64,000 bases of DNA from Eubacteriales bacterium (lineage in GTDB: Bacteria; Bacillota; Clostridia; Saccharofermentanales; DTU023), in the NCBI GenBank assembly GCA_030532065.1, contig JAUNLW010000001.1, positions 587,853-651,852 on the forward strand, written 5' to 3'. A program made the translations under genes and the position numbers. Under the pieces are notes generated by a model, which saw only the letters and a list, made by a program, of their open reading frames with translations, had not been told where the DNA came from and searched no databases. Of this stretch, positions 8,979 through 18,543 are shown piece after piece. Numbering within the stretch: the first letter of the stretch is position 1; each line of letters opens with the position of its first letter.

Positions 8979-10117
8979 TAGTTCAAGTCTCCCAGATCAA
9001 AGCTGAGCTGATCAGCATCATTTTCTGCAGCGGTTTCTGTCTTAGCAGGAACAGGTTTTTCCGCCTGTGGAAGATTGATTCCCAAGTGCTCATAGGCTCC
9101 GGGTGTTAAGATCCTGCCACGAGGAGTCTTAGCTAAGAAACCGAGCTGCATGAGGTAGGGTTCGTAGACATCTTCAATGGTGCCGGCATCCTCGCCGGTA
9201 GTAGCGGCCAGGGTATCAAGTCCTACCGGTCCGCCGCCAAAGGCTTCTGCTATGACGCGCAATAAAGACAGGTCTGTGGCATCCAGACCCAACTCATCAA
9301 TTTCCAGAGCAGCCAGCCCTCTCTCTACGACCTCATGGTCAATCGCTTTCTTGCCCATGACTTGCGCAAAGTCTCTTAAGCGGCGCAAGATGCGGATAGC
9401 CACACGCGGCGTTCCTCGGCAACGTCCGGAAATCATGGTCAAAGCTACGGGGTCAATATCTACTTCCAGTACTTTGGCGTTACGAGCCAGGATCTGACTG
9501 ATCTCTTCGTGGCTATAAAGTTCCAGCCTCATGATCATGCCAAAACGGTCGCGCAAAGGAGAAGTTAAAAGACCGGCACGAGTTGTAGCTCCGATGAGCG
9601 TAAATTTTGGCAGATCTAAACGGATGGAACGCGCGGAAGGACCTTTACCCAGCATAATATCCAAAGCGTAATCTTCCATGGCGGGATAGAGAATCTCTTC
9701 TACCTGGCGATTGAGCCTATGGATCTCGTCGATAAAGAGCACATCTCTTTCCTGCAGATTAGTGAGTATAGCAGCCAGATCTCCCTGGCGCTCAATAGCT
9801 GGGCCGGAGGTGATCTTCATCTGCACGCCCATTTGGTTGGCAATAATGCCTGCTAAAGTTGTCTTACCTAATCCGGGAGGGCCATAGAGCAAGACGTGGT
9901 CCAGGGCATCTCCCCTTTGTAAGGCAGCCTCAATATAGACTTCCAGATTGGCCTTGATCTTGGGTTGACCGAAATACTCTTCCCAAGTGGTCGGGCGCAT
10001 ACCCTGGTCGTCATTATCGTGAGCCAGGCGTTCACGGGAAATAAAGCGTTCCTCTACGCCTGGATCTTCCAGGCTGTCTTCGCCTGCATACATACTAAAG
10101 AAATTGGAATCTGGCAT
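8978..10117 (-). CDS. ruvB: Holliday junction branch-migration helicase RuvB
   Basis: The protein is 379 aa. It has the Walker A motif [19 protein letters not shown] and a RuvB-type C-terminal winged helix. It sits in a ruvC-ruvA-ruvB order. Confidence 0.95.
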   Translation of the reverse strand: MPDSNFFSMYAGEDSLEDPGVEERFISRERLAHDNDDQGMRPTTWEEYFGQPKIKANLEVYIEAALQRGDALDHVLLYGPPGLGKTTLAGIIANQMGVQMKITSGPAIERQGDLAAILTNLQERDVLFIDEIHRLNRQVEEILYPAMEDYALDIMLGKGPSARSIRLDLPKFTLIGATTRAGLLTSPLRDRFGMIMRLELYSHEEISQILARNAKVLEVDIDPVALTMISGRCRGTPRVAIRILRRLRDFAQVMGKKAIDHEVVERGLAALEIDELGLDATDLSLLRVIAEAFGGGPVGLDTLAATTGEDAGTIEDVYEPYLMQLGFLAKTPRGRILTPGAYEHLGINLPQAEKPVPAKTETAAENDADQLSFDLGDLN

Positions 10118-10129
10118 TTTTATCCTCGA

Positions 10130-10762
10130 CTAGATCGTAGCTAGCTGTTTTAAGGCTTGTTTGATCAAAGCATCCAGCTCTAAGCTAGCAGCACCATTCT
10201 CTTTGGCAACGCGAGCCAGAGCCTGTTCTGCTTCGCGGCTGCTGTAGCCCAGAACTTGTAAGGCGGCCAAGGCTTCATTCAACCTACTGCGTCCGTCTCC
10301 AACAAGCGCTATTCCCCCACTGAAGATAGCTTCTGTATCTTCCGCTGAAGGAGCCATGTCCTTTGCAATCTTATCTTTAAGCTCCAAAATCATACGCTCA
10401 GCGGTCTTCTTACCCACACCTTTGACACCAGTCAGACGCTTGATGTCCGCGCCCATGATGGCTAAGGCAAATTCTGTAGGGCTTAAGGAAGCCACGATAG
10501 TAGATGCCATTCTGGGTCCAATTCCGGAAACACGCAGTAAAAGCTGAAAGAGCTGCTTATCCTCATTATCGGCAAAACCATAGAGACTTAGATCATCTTC
10601 TCTTACATGCTGGTAGGTAAAGATCCTTGCTTCTTCTCCCAGAGTTGGCATTTTCCTGGCATAGAGGCTATCAAAATTTATCTGATATCCTATTCCCTGA
10701 TTTTCCAATATGAGAAAGTCTTCCTGCTTATAACAAACTTTTCCTGTAATAAAGGCAATCAT
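10130..10762 (-). CDS. ruvA: Holliday junction DNA-binding protein RuvA
   Basis: The protein is 210 aa. It has an OB-fold N-terminus and the HhH motifs VSGIGPRMA and VKGVGKKTAERM. Confidence 0.93.
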   Translation of the reverse strand: MIAFITGKVCYKQEDFLILENQGIGYQINFDSLYARKMPTLGEEARIFTYQHVREDDLSLYGFADNEDKQLFQLLLRVSGIGPRMASTIVASLSPTEFALAIMGADIKRLTGVKGVGKKTAERMILELKDKIAKDMAPSAEDTEAIFSGGIALVGDGRSRLNEALAALQVLGYSSREAEQALARVAKENGAASLELDALIKQALKQLATI

Positions 10763-10792
10763 TGGTATATATTACTCCTACTGAAACAAAGC

Positions 10793-11380
10793 TTAGCTTT
10801 TTAGATTTTCTTCTACCTGTTTTTCCCTGCGCCTATCTGCCATGGATTCTGCCTGATACCCACCCACTGCCAACGCTTGCTGCCGGTCACCAGAATGGCC
10901 ATGGCAGATACAAATCGCCAGAGCATCTGCCACATCGTCTGGTTTTGGTACTTCTTTTAGTCTCAAAAGATATTTTACCATGGCCTGGACCTGAGTCTTT
11001 TCAGCCTTGCCATAGCCGGTTACAGCAACTTTAACCTGCAAGGGCGTATATTCGAAAACTGTTAGTCCTTGCCTCGCTGCAGCAGCCACAGCTACCCCTC
11101 TGGCCTGGGCCGTACCGATGGCCGTAGTAGTATTGCGGGCAAAAAATAATTCCTCAATCGCCAGACAATCCGGCTTATAGCGCAAACAAATCTCATCTAT
11201 CGCGCGATCTATAGTTAACAAGCGCTCAGGAAATGGCGTTCCGGCCTCTGTAGTAATGAGGCCATAGTCTACGATCTTAAAACAATCACGGCTGTGGTCA
11301 AGTACAGCAAAGCCGGTCCTGGCATAGCCCGGATCAATTCCCAAAATGCGGTTAATATTTGTTTCTGCAGTTACTGGCAT
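10793..11380 (-). CDS. ruvC: crossover junction endodeoxyribonuclease RuvC
   Basis: The protein is 195 aa. It contains ILGIDPGYARTGFAVLD and an RNase-H-like fold signature. Confidence 0.9.
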   Translation of the reverse strand: MPVTAETNINRILGIDPGYARTGFAVLDHSRDCFKIVDYGLITTEAGTPFPERLLTIDRAIDEICLRYKPDCLAIEELFFARNTTTAIGTAQARGVAVAAAARQGLTVFEYTPLQVKVAVTGYGKAEKTQVQAMVKYLLRLKEVPKPDDVADALAICICHGHSGDRQQALAVGGYQAESMADRRREKQVEENLKS

Positions 11381-11383
11381 AAC

Positions 11384-11836
11384 TTACAACTGATCCGTAT
11401 CTAACCAAATGGTAAAAGGACCGTCGTTAACCAGAGCTACATCCATGTGCGCGCCAAACTCACCTGTCACCAAGTCAGGGTACTCCAAAGAGACCAGCTT
11501 TTTAAAATAATCATAGAGGATCTCACCCTTATCCACTTTCGCGGCTTCCACGAAAGAGGGACGGTTACCTTTTTTGCAGTTAGCCCATAGCGTAAATTGA
11601 GAAACCAGAAGCACATTGCCCCCTACCTGTTCTAAAGAAAGATTGACCTTACCTTTTTCGTCAGGGAAAATACGCAAATTAGCTATCTTACGCCAAAGCT
11701 TTTCTGCATCTGCTTCGTTGTCGTTTTCTCCAACCCCCAAAAGAATTACATAACCTTGGTCAATGCCCCGGTATTCACCGCCATTGATACTGACTTTGGC
11801 CTCACTTACTCGCTGGATCAACGCTCTCATCTGCAA
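11384..11836 (-). CDS. dtd: D-aminoacyl-tRNA deacylase
   Basis: The protein is 150 aa. It contains MRALIQRV, SQFTL and NDGPFT. The start could instead be the second ATG at 11830. Confidence 0.9.
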   Translation of the reverse strand: MQMRALIQRVSEAKVSINGGEYRGIDQGYVILLGVGENDNEADAEKLWRKIANLRIFPDEKGKVNLSLEQVGGNVLLVSQFTLWANCKKGNRPSFVEAAKVDKGEILYDYFKKLVSLEYPDLVTGEFGAHMDVALVNDGPFTIWLDTDQL

Positions 11837-11894
11837 CTCCTTGCTGTTCTCTTGCCGTATTTTTCACTATCTCAAACAATCTTATCATAGACGC

Positions 11895-11922
11895 TTGACA
11901 AGCAAGTTACTTGTGTTAAAAT
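11895..11922 (+). promoter_or_regulatory. sigma-70-type promoter for tRNA-Ala
   Basis: TTGACA (11895-11900), a 16-nt spacer ending in TGT, then TAAAAT (11917-11922). It lies ~50 nt upstream of the mature tRNA 5' end. Confidence 0.6.
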
Positions 11923-11974
11923 AGCTGATGTTCCACCTTAGGGACCATGCAAAACAATTTATGAGCACCATCAT

Positions 11975-12050
11975 GGGGAATTAGCTCAGATGGGAGAGCG
12001 CTTGAATGGCATTCAAGAGGCCAGGGGTTCGATTCCCCTATTCTCCACCA
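11975..12050 (+). tRNA. tRNA-Ala (anticodon GGC), CCA encoded
   Basis: The sequence folds by hand into a 76-nt cloverleaf. The acceptor stem is GGGGAAT/ATTCTCC with the G3:U70 alanine identity pair. The anticodon arm is CTTGA-ATGGCAT-TCAAG, the T arm is AGGGG-TTCGATT-CCCCT, and the 3' end is ACCA. Confidence 0.93.
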
Positions 12051-12089
12051 AAGCCTTGGAACGTTGTGTTTTAGGGCTTTTTCTTTTTT
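12051..12089 (+). terminator. putative terminator after tRNA-Ala
   Basis: The stem is AAGCCTTGG (12051-12059) / TTAGGGCTT (12071-12079), 9 bp including 3 G-U pairs. It is followed by TTTCTTTTTT. Confidence 0.45.
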
Positions 12090-12213
12090 GAAAAACTCGT
12101 CTAATTTCATCCATAGAGCTATACTTTCAATTAAGAACAACTAAAAAGTTTAGACCAGCAGATTCTAAAGCTGGGAATACTTTTCTCAACTAATCGTCCT
12201 AAAGGAGGATTAT

Positions 12214-13422
12214 ATGAAGCGTAATAGAAAAAGAAAAACTAATAACCTCTCCCTTTTGGGTTTGTTTTTGCTGCTTTTCGTTTGTGTAGGCATCGCCATA
12301 TTTGCTTTACCCAAAACGAGCGACAATTTATCGGAGATTTCTTCTGCAGCTACCACCGGATCTTCAGAGAGCCAAAATAGTACTGACGCAGCTTTTGAGC
12401 TGTGTGGAGTAGAAAAACAGGCTCAGGAAATTATGGATAAGATGACCCTCGAAGAAAAAGTCGGCCAAATGTTTATTGTTCGCTGCCCTGATACAGATGC
12501 TGCTAAGAAAGTATCGGAGTACCACTTGGGAGGTTACGTCCTCTTTGGCCAAGATTTTGCCGCTAAGAGTAAGAATGAGGTTATCCATGACATCCAAAGC
12601 TATCAAAATGCTGCTAAAGTTCCTCTCTTTATCGGCGTAGATGAAGAAGGAGGTACTGTAAATCGTATAAGCATTAATCCCCAACTACGGGCTGTACCCT
12701 TCTGGTCTCCTCAAGAACTATTCGCGGAAGGTGGTTTTGACTTAATTAAGAGTGACACAGAAGAAAAAGCCGAACTATTGCAGAGTTTAGGAGTCAATCT
12801 CAACTTGGCTCCGGTCTGCGATGTCTCACAAAATCCTGCTGATTTTATTTATCAGAGGAGCTTTGGTAAGGACGCAGAGGCAACTGCTACTTACGTGAAA
12901 CTCGTAGTTAAGACAATGTCTAAAGAAGGCCTGGGCAGTGTACTTAAGCACTTCCCAGGCTATGGCAATAATCAGGACACTCATACTGGCCTAGCCTACG
13001 ACAACCGTACTTATGATAACTTTGCAAACTCGGATTTCTTGCCTTTCCAAGCAGGTATTAGCGCAGGAGCCAATATGGTTTTAGTATCTCACAATATCGT
13101 CTCCAGTATGGACGATCATCAACCTGCTTCCCTCTCACCAGAAGTACACAGAATTCTGAGGGAAGATTTGAACTTCACGGGAGTCATTATCACGGATGAT
13201 CTAATCATGGATGGAGTACGAGACTTTGCTGAAGACTCTGAGGTCGCCGTACAGGCAGTTCTGTCTGGTAATGACATGCTCTGCTGTACAGATTTTGAGT
13301 TACAGTTTCCCGCCGTCCTGCAAGCTGTGCAAAATGGCACTATCAGCGAAGACAGGGTCAATGAGTCTGTGTTACGCATTTTGGAGCTAAAAATTTCCTT
13401 GGGTATCATAGATCCCGCGTAG
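12214..13422 (+). CDS. glycoside hydrolase family 3 (beta-N-acetylhexosaminidase, NagZ-like), N-terminal membrane anchor/signal
   Basis: The protein is 402 aa. The hydrophobic N-terminus is LSLLGLFLLLFVCVGIAIFAL. GH3 motifs are KVGQMFIV, DEEGGTVNR and KHFPGYG. The RBS AAAGGAGG lies upstream. Confidence 0.85.
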   Translation: MKRNRKRKTNNLSLLGLFLLLFVCVGIAIFALPKTSDNLSEISSAATTGSSESQNSTDAAFELCGVEKQAQEIMDKMTLEEKVGQMFIVRCPDTDAAKKVSEYHLGGYVLFGQDFAAKSKNEVIHDIQSYQNAAKVPLFIGVDEEGGTVNRISINPQLRAVPFWSPQELFAEGGFDLIKSDTEEKAELLQSLGVNLNLAPVCDVSQNPADFIYQRSFGKDAEATATYVKLVVKTMSKEGLGSVLKHFPGYGNNQDTHTGLAYDNRTYDNFANSDFLPFQAGISAGANMVLVSHNIVSSMDDHQPASLSPEVHRILREDLNFTGVIITDDLIMDGVRDFAEDSEVAVQAVLSGNDMLCCTDFELQFPAVLQAVQNGTISEDRVNESVLRILELKISLGIIDPA

Positions 13423-13443
13423 TACGGGAAGGTCTAAGTATTT

Positions 13444-13478
13444 AAAAGGTCCCACTAACAACGGCAGTGGGACCTTTT
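13444..13478. terminator. bidirectional rho-independent terminator (GH3 gene / pheT)
   Basis: AAAA, then GGTCCCACT (13448-13456), a 9-nt loop, AGTGGGACC (13466-13474), then TTTT. Confidence 0.8.
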
Positions 13479-13516
13479 GTTATAGATTTTCTTGCGGAGC
13501 TTAATAAGACATTCTA

Positions 13517-15943
13517 TTAAAAATCTCTGATTGTTACGTTCAGCGCATGCTCCAAGGTATTGAGAATGCTCTTACGTTTGGCTTCAATCTCTTCTGCATC
13601 CAAAGTGCCATCGGGCTTGCTGAGATAAACTCTGAAGGTCAAAGATTTATAACCCTCCGGCAACTGCTGGTCGCGCCACTCGCCGACAAATTCCAAGCGG
13701 TAGACTTTTTTTGCCAGGAAGCGCTCAATCTCAGCCCAGCTTACCTTCTCCGGGCAAAGTACAGTAAAGTCTAAATCAACTACCGGGAATTGAGGGATAG
13801 GTTCGTATTTTTGGCTGTCCGGTAGACGTTTTTTCAGTCCTTTGAGTTCGAACTCAAAGATTGCCATCTGTCCTCGTTTGAAACCAAGGTTCTGACGAGC
13901 ATAGGCAGAAAGCAGGCCTAACTGACCAATGATCTCACCCGACTCATCTTTAAGGTTGAGCCAGACTTGCGGATCAGACCAAGCGGGCTTCTCTGCTTGT
14001 TCAAAGCTGATATTTTCTAAGTTAAGCGCGCGTATCATCAATTCCAAAATTCCTTTGGCTTCGCGGAATAAAGCTACCGGATCTTGACCAAAGAGTAAGC
14101 CAGCGACCAGGCGCTCCTGCTTGGGCAGACCTTCTTTATCCGTTGGCTCAGTTTCCAGCTCTTTAAAAATCAGGCCGGAATTGAAGATACCAAATTGATT
14201 AGAGTAGCCTTCATTTTGCTTTGCTACCCGCAAAAGCGCAGGTACCAGAGAAATGTTGAGGAATTTTTCTTCTGGGCTGGGTGGGTCGGCAAGCGCGATA
14301 CTATCTTCGTTGGGCAAACCACAAACTTGCTGGTAGTTAATATCTACCCAAGGGTAGACGTAGACTTCTTGTAAGCCACATTGGTAAGCTAAAAACTCAC
14401 GTATCTGGCGGTCAAAATCCGCGGCGGTAAATTCTACAGCTTTGGTAAGTTGAGTATTTACAGGCAGGAAGCTGAAGTTCTCGTAGCCGATCATGCGGGC
14501 CAGCTCTTCAACAATATCGGCTTCTCCTTCTACATCGCCGGTGGCACGCCAACTGGGTACGCCTACCAGGAAAGTTCCGTCCGCCAAATGCTGCAGCTCA
14601 TAGCCTAAGGGCTCTAATAAACTCTCAACCTCTGCAAAGTTTAGCTCACGACCAAGCTTTTTCTCCAGGTGTTCGGTGGAGCAACTAATAACCACCTTCT
14701 CCGGCAGTTGGGGATTCGTATCACCCATGGCAACCAATTTAGCTTCTGGGAAGTAGCGGTGAATCAAAGCCTGGAAATAACCCAAAGCCTGATCAATCCT
14801 GGCCTGGTCTAAACCCTTCTCAAAGCGAGCACTGGCGTCAGTATGTACGTCGTAAGTTCTGGCGGTTTTACGCACCTTTTGGGGGTTGAAGCTGGCGATC
14901 TCCAGGACGATATCCGAACTGCTGTCAGAAATAGAGTCGTCTTTACCACCCTTGATACCGGCAAGGCCAATAGCCTCGTCATGGCTGGCAATGACCAGAT
15001 CACGAGATGTGAGTTCCAGGTTAATATCATCTAAGAGTTCGAGTTTTTCGCCTTCTCGAGCTCTTCTGACTTCAATTCTCTCTCCTACTTTGGCTAAGTC
15101 ATAGGTGTGATTAGGTTGGCCAGTTGCGAACATCACATAGTTGCTCAAGTCTACAATCAGACCGTGTGAGCTGTGACCTAGTTGATGCAACAGTTTACGC
15201 AACTCATAGGGTGACTCCTTGGCATAAAGGCCGTGCCAGACCGTAGCGGTAAAGCGCGGGCAGTCCGCCTGGTCTTCTACTTCTATCTCATATTCGTCCA
15301 GGCCCTCCGGCTTATCAAAGGCCGGTAGCGGTTTGAGATCAGTTCCGTAAATAGCTGCCAGCTCTCTTGCCATACCATAGTGCCCCCAGAGATCAGGCCG
15401 GTTAGTGAGTGACTTGTTATCGATATCGATAATCATATCGTGGTAGTCCAGGACATCAGCCAGGTCTTTACCGGCTGCCGCTCCGTGGAAGTCGGTCAGA
15501 TCCATGATGATGCCAGAGTCTTCAGCTGGAAACAGTGTACCGAGATCTAACTCATCTGAAGCACAGATCATGCCTTCTGAGAGAACACCTCTCAGTTTGC
15601 TTGGCTTGATCTCGACCGGCTCCCCTTCTCCATGCCAACGAACCATCGCTCCAGGAGCCGAGACTACTACTAACTCGCCGGGATAAAGGTTAGTGCCACC
15701 GCAGACTATCTGCAGATCACGTTCTTTGCCCACATCTACTTGGCAAACTCTGAGTTTATCCGCGTTCGGATGGGCTGAGACTTCTTTGATCTCACCTATA
15801 ATGACCCCCTTAAAGCTGTCGGCAGGATCTTCCCAGCCTTCCACCTCTACCGTGCGCATAGTCAAGTCATAAGCCAGCTGTTGCATACTGAGCTCTTCCG
15901 GCAGGTCTGTATATTGCTTGATCCACTTAAGTGAAACTAACAT
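13517..15943 (-). CDS. pheT: phenylalanyl-tRNA synthetase beta subunit
   Basis: The protein is 808 aa. It has an N-terminal tRNA-binding OB domain (HPNADKLRVCQVDVG) and B3/4 and B5 regions. It lies directly downstream of pheS. Confidence 0.95.
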   Translation of the reverse strand: MLVSLKWIKQYTDLPEELSMQQLAYDLTMRTVEVEGWEDPADSFKGVIIGEIKEVSAHPNADKLRVCQVDVGKERDLQIVCGGTNLYPGELVVVSAPGAMVRWHGEGEPVEIKPSKLRGVLSEGMICASDELDLGTLFPAEDSGIIMDLTDFHGAAAGKDLADVLDYHDMIIDIDNKSLTNRPDLWGHYGMARELAAIYGTDLKPLPAFDKPEGLDEYEIEVEDQADCPRFTATVWHGLYAKESPYELRKLLHQLGHSSHGLIVDLSNYVMFATGQPNHTYDLAKVGERIEVRRAREGEKLELLDDINLELTSRDLVIASHDEAIGLAGIKGGKDDSISDSSSDIVLEIASFNPQKVRKTARTYDVHTDASARFEKGLDQARIDQALGYFQALIHRYFPEAKLVAMGDTNPQLPEKVVISCSTEHLEKKLGRELNFAEVESLLEPLGYELQHLADGTFLVGVPSWRATGDVEGEADIVEELARMIGYENFSFLPVNTQLTKAVEFTAADFDRQIREFLAYQCGLQEVYVYPWVDINYQQVCGLPNEDSIALADPPSPEEKFLNISLVPALLRVAKQNEGYSNQFGIFNSGLIFKELETEPTDKEGLPKQERLVAGLLFGQDPVALFREAKGILELMIRALNLENISFEQAEKPAWSDPQVWLNLKDESGEIIGQLGLLSAYARQNLGFKRGQMAIFEFELKGLKKRLPDSQKYEPIPQFPVVDLDFTVLCPEKVSWAEIERFLAKKVYRLEFVGEWRDQQLPEGYKSLTFRVYLSKPDGTLDAEEIEAKRKSILNTLEHALNVTIRDF

Positions 15944-15957
15944 CTCTAATCTCCCTC

Positions 15958-16998
15958 TTAATCAAATTGTTCAAGAAATCTCAAGTCGGCCGAATGGAAT
16001 AAACGAACATCAGGAATACCGTAGCGCATCATGGCCAGGCGTTCCAGTCCGATATCAATGTAGAAACCTGTCCAGCGCTCAGGATCCAGTCCCGCCGCTT
16101 TTAGTACATTGGGGTGAGGCGTACCGCCGGGCATTACTTCCAGCCAGCCCACGTGTTTGCAAAGTGAGCAGCCCTTGCCACCACATTGAATGCATTGCAT
16201 GTCGATCTCAAATCCTGGTTCTACAAAAGGGAAGAAACCTGCCCGCATACGGGTCTTGATCTCACGGCCAAATACTTGATTAAGAATGGTAGAAATGAGC
16301 AGCTGGCCCGAGGCAAAGGGAAAGTTTTCTTCAATGATCAAAGCTTCGTATTGGTAGAAAGCACGTTCATGGCTAGGGTCGGTACTTTCGTTGCGGAAGA
16401 CGCGTCCCGGGTAAACAAAACGACAAGGCGCTCCATGTTCTTGCAGGTAGCGAACACTCGCTCCGGTAAGGTGCGGGCGGAGGCAATGACGCTTAGCTGG
16501 GTCTTGCTCATCTTCAGTACCTTCCAGCCAATAGGTGTCCATGCTTTCGCGAGCAGGGTGATCCTCAGGGAAGTTAAGATTATCAAAGGCATACTGCTCC
16601 GAACTGATCTCGTTCTCTTCAAAGATCGTAAAGTTCAAGGAGCGGAAAGCATCGTTTAACTCATAGATCAGCTTGGTAATAGGATGTAAGCCGCCGGTGC
16701 CCGGCATGATGCCAGGTTGTGTCAAATCCAGGTCATAAGGCAAGATATGCTTATTTTGCAAAAGCTCCGTCTCTTTTGCATCAAATGCCTGATTGAGTCG
16801 GTTTTTGGTCTCATTGGAAGCTTGTCCCATGATCTTTCTCTGTTCCGGTTCCAGCTTGCCCAATCCTTTCAGGATCTGGGTTAATTCACCTTTACGGCCG
16901 AGAATAGTCTGTTTGAGCTCGTTTAATTCGCTGTCACTGGCGCAGTCCGCGATCTGAGCCAAAGTTTGGCTCTCCAGGGCTTGTAGTTGCTCTTTCAT
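15958..16998 (-). CDS. pheS: phenylalanyl-tRNA synthetase alpha subunit
   Basis: The protein is 346 aa. Class II motifs include FPFVEPGFEIDM and GLERLAMMRYGI. Confidence 0.95.
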   Translation of the reverse strand: MKEQLQALESQTLAQIADCASDSELNELKQTILGRKGELTQILKGLGKLEPEQRKIMGQASNETKNRLNQAFDAKETELLQNKHILPYDLDLTQPGIMPGTGGLHPITKLIYELNDAFRSLNFTIFEENEISSEQYAFDNLNFPEDHPARESMDTYWLEGTEDEQDPAKRHCLRPHLTGASVRYLQEHGAPCRFVYPGRVFRNESTDPSHERAFYQYEALIIEENFPFASGQLLISTILNQVFGREIKTRMRAGFFPFVEPGFEIDMQCIQCGGKGCSLCKHVGWLEVMPGGTPHPNVLKAAGLDPERWTGFYIDIGLERLAMMRYGIPDVRLFHSADLRFLEQFD

Positions 16999-17015
16999 AG
17001 ATCTCTTTAACCTCC

Positions 17016-17060
17016 AAAAAGAAAAAGCGTATGTTTTAGCTTCCGGCTATAACATACGCT
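17016..17060 (-). terminator. intrinsic terminator hairpin between ansA and pheS (possible attenuator)
   Basis: On the minus strand: AGCGTATGTT (17060-17051), a 15-nt loop, AACATACGCT (17035-17026), then TTTTTCTTTTT. The pheS RBS GGAGG follows immediately. Confidence 0.7.
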
Positions 17061-17081
17061 ATATGTCATACTAACCTAGTC

Positions 17082-17110
17082 ATTCTAGCATTTAGGCCTC
17101 TAGGCCTCAA
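17082..17110 (-). promoter_or_regulatory. candidate promoter upstream of the pheS leader
   Basis: On the minus strand: TTGAGG (17110-17105), a 17-nt spacer, then TAGAAT (17087-17082). The -35 box overlaps the last ansA codons. Confidence 0.35.
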
Positions 17111-18116
17111 GACGCTGTGGGCTGATCTCATCGCAAATATTGCTTTCGATCAACCGTCTTATCTCCTTTAGCTCACGGGTCTGGCCCAAAGCCCACATAA
17201 GCTTAACCAAAGCAGCCTCCGTGGTCATATCGTTGCCTGAGATAACCCCGGCTTGTAAAGCATCTTCACCGATGCCATAGACCGCCAGATCTACTCCGTC
17301 GTAAGGGCACTGCGAGATCATAATCACAGGAATACCCAGTTGCTCGTGGAAACGTCTGAGTCCGGCCGCCATACCGCGATTGAGATTGGAGATACCTCCG
17401 GTACCAAAGCCTTCGATAACCAGACCATGATAGTCATCCTCAGCGATATAATCTAATACCGCTGGACTGGTAGCAGGTGTCAGCTTAAGGAGAAACACAT
17501 TTTCGTCCAGCCCGGTAAACAATGCGGGGCCGGTCTCATTGATCTTAGCTGTGTGATGTACCTGCAAATGGCCATCTTCAATCGTGCCTAAGAGCGGATA
17601 ATTGCGACTGACATAGGCATCCCAGTTTTGAGAATACATTTTGAAGGCGCGAGAACCATGGATAAGCTTATGATTGAAAACCATCTGCACTCCTGGCTGA
17701 GCTTCTGTGACGGTAATAAAAGCATCTAGAAGGTTGGCTCTGGCGTCTGTAACTTCAGCAGTTAGAGGTTTCATCGCTCCGGTAAGAATGATAGGAATCC
17801 TCAGACCACTCAGCATAAAAGACAGGGCGGCCGCAGTATAACACATGGTATCTGTACCGTGTGTTATCACCAGGCCGTCGTAGCTATCTCTTAAGCGTTG
17901 ACAGGCACGGGCCAGGGTGATCCAATCAGATACCTGCATTTCGGAGCTGTCAATGTTCATCACCTGCTTGACATCTATAACGCTGATATCTGCTATGCTA
18001 GCCAATTCCGGTACTAGATGCAGCAGCTCACTTCCGGTAAGACCGGGCACGTAGCCACGCTCACTTGGTACACAGGCTATGGTACCCCCAGTAGCCAGGA
18101 GACAGATCTTCTTCAT
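17100..18116 (-). CDS. ansA: L-asparaginase, type I
   Basis: Motifs are LLATGGTIA and ITHGTDTM. The ORF track starts at GTG 18134. ATG 18116 (MKKICLL), preceded by GAGGGA, is the more likely start. Confidence 0.88.
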   Translation of the reverse strand: MKKICLLATGGTIACVPSERGYVPGLTGSELLHLVPELASIADISVIDVKQVMNIDSSEMQVSDWITLARACQRLRDSYDGLVITHGTDTMCYTAAALSFMLSGLRIPIILTGAMKPLTAEVTDARANLLDAFITVTEAQPGVQMVFNHKLIHGSRAFKMYSQNWDAYVSRNYPLLGTIEDGHLQVHHTAKINETGPALFTGLDENVFLLKLTPATSPAVLDYIAEDDYHGLVIEGFGTGGISNLNRGMAAGLRRFHEQLGIPVIMISQCPYDGVDLAVYGIGEDALQAGVISGNDMTTEAALVKLMWALGQTRELKEIRRLIESNICDEISPQRLEA

Positions 18117-18153
18117 GTTGCTTACTTCCCTCACGCCCTCTTAAGGTGAATAA

Positions 18154-18528
18154 CTACTTAAGCGCAATGCAATCGATCTCTACGTTTACATTCTTAGGCA
18201 GGCCGGAAACTTCGCAGCAAACTCGTGCCGGGTAGTCACCATCGAAGAATTCGCCGTAAGCTTTATTCACTTCTGCGAAGTCATTCATATCGGTCAGGTA
18301 GATAGTAATCTTGAGAGCTTTGGATAGGTCAGAACCAGCTGCCTCCAAGATGTACTGGATGTTTTGCATGCAGTTACGTGTAGCTTGCGCAATATCCTCG
18401 GTCTCGATTTTACCATCTTTTACAGGCATCTGGCCGGAGACGAAAACAAAACCACCTGCTTCAGTGCAATGACTATAAGGGCCAACGGCGTCGGGAGCTT
18501 TGTCAGAGTTAATAGCTAGTTTTTGCAT
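18154..18528 (-). CDS. ridA: RidA/YjgF-family reactive intermediate (enamine/imine) deaminase
   Basis: The protein is 124 aa. It shows typical YjgF/RidA sequence (GPYSH..., PARVCCEVSGLP). Confidence 0.88.
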   Translation of the reverse strand: MQKLAINSDKAPDAVGPYSHCTEAGGFVFVSGQMPVKDGKIETEDIAQATRNCMQNIQYILEAAGSDLSKALKITIYLTDMNDFAEVNKAYGEFFDGDYPARVCCEVSGLPKNVNVEIDCIALK

Positions 18529-18543
18529 ACTTTACCTCCTAAA

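Noticed and set aside
11916-12140. 74-aa minus-strand ORF.
   Set aside because: It lies directly over the tRNA-Ala gene (11975-12050) and its terminator, so it is an artefact of the tRNA sequence.
11837-12213. The tRNA genes (tRNA-Ala here and tRNA-Leu at 49281-49365) as possible integration sites of mobile elements.
   Set aside because: Neither tRNA has an adjacent integrase, recombinase, phage or transposase gene, and I noticed no duplicated tRNA 3' half. The flanking genes are ordinary housekeeping genes.
16186-16659. 157-aa plus-strand ORF antisense to pheS. The same class includes 22104..22661 (antisense to ecfA), 31642..32106 (antisense to rplR/rplF) and 38572..39126 (antisense to rplD/rplC).
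   Set aside because: All lie wholly inside strongly supported conserved genes on the other strand. They have Ser/Arg/Leu/Thr-rich low-complexity composition, no RBS and no recognisable motifs. These are typical shadow ORFs.
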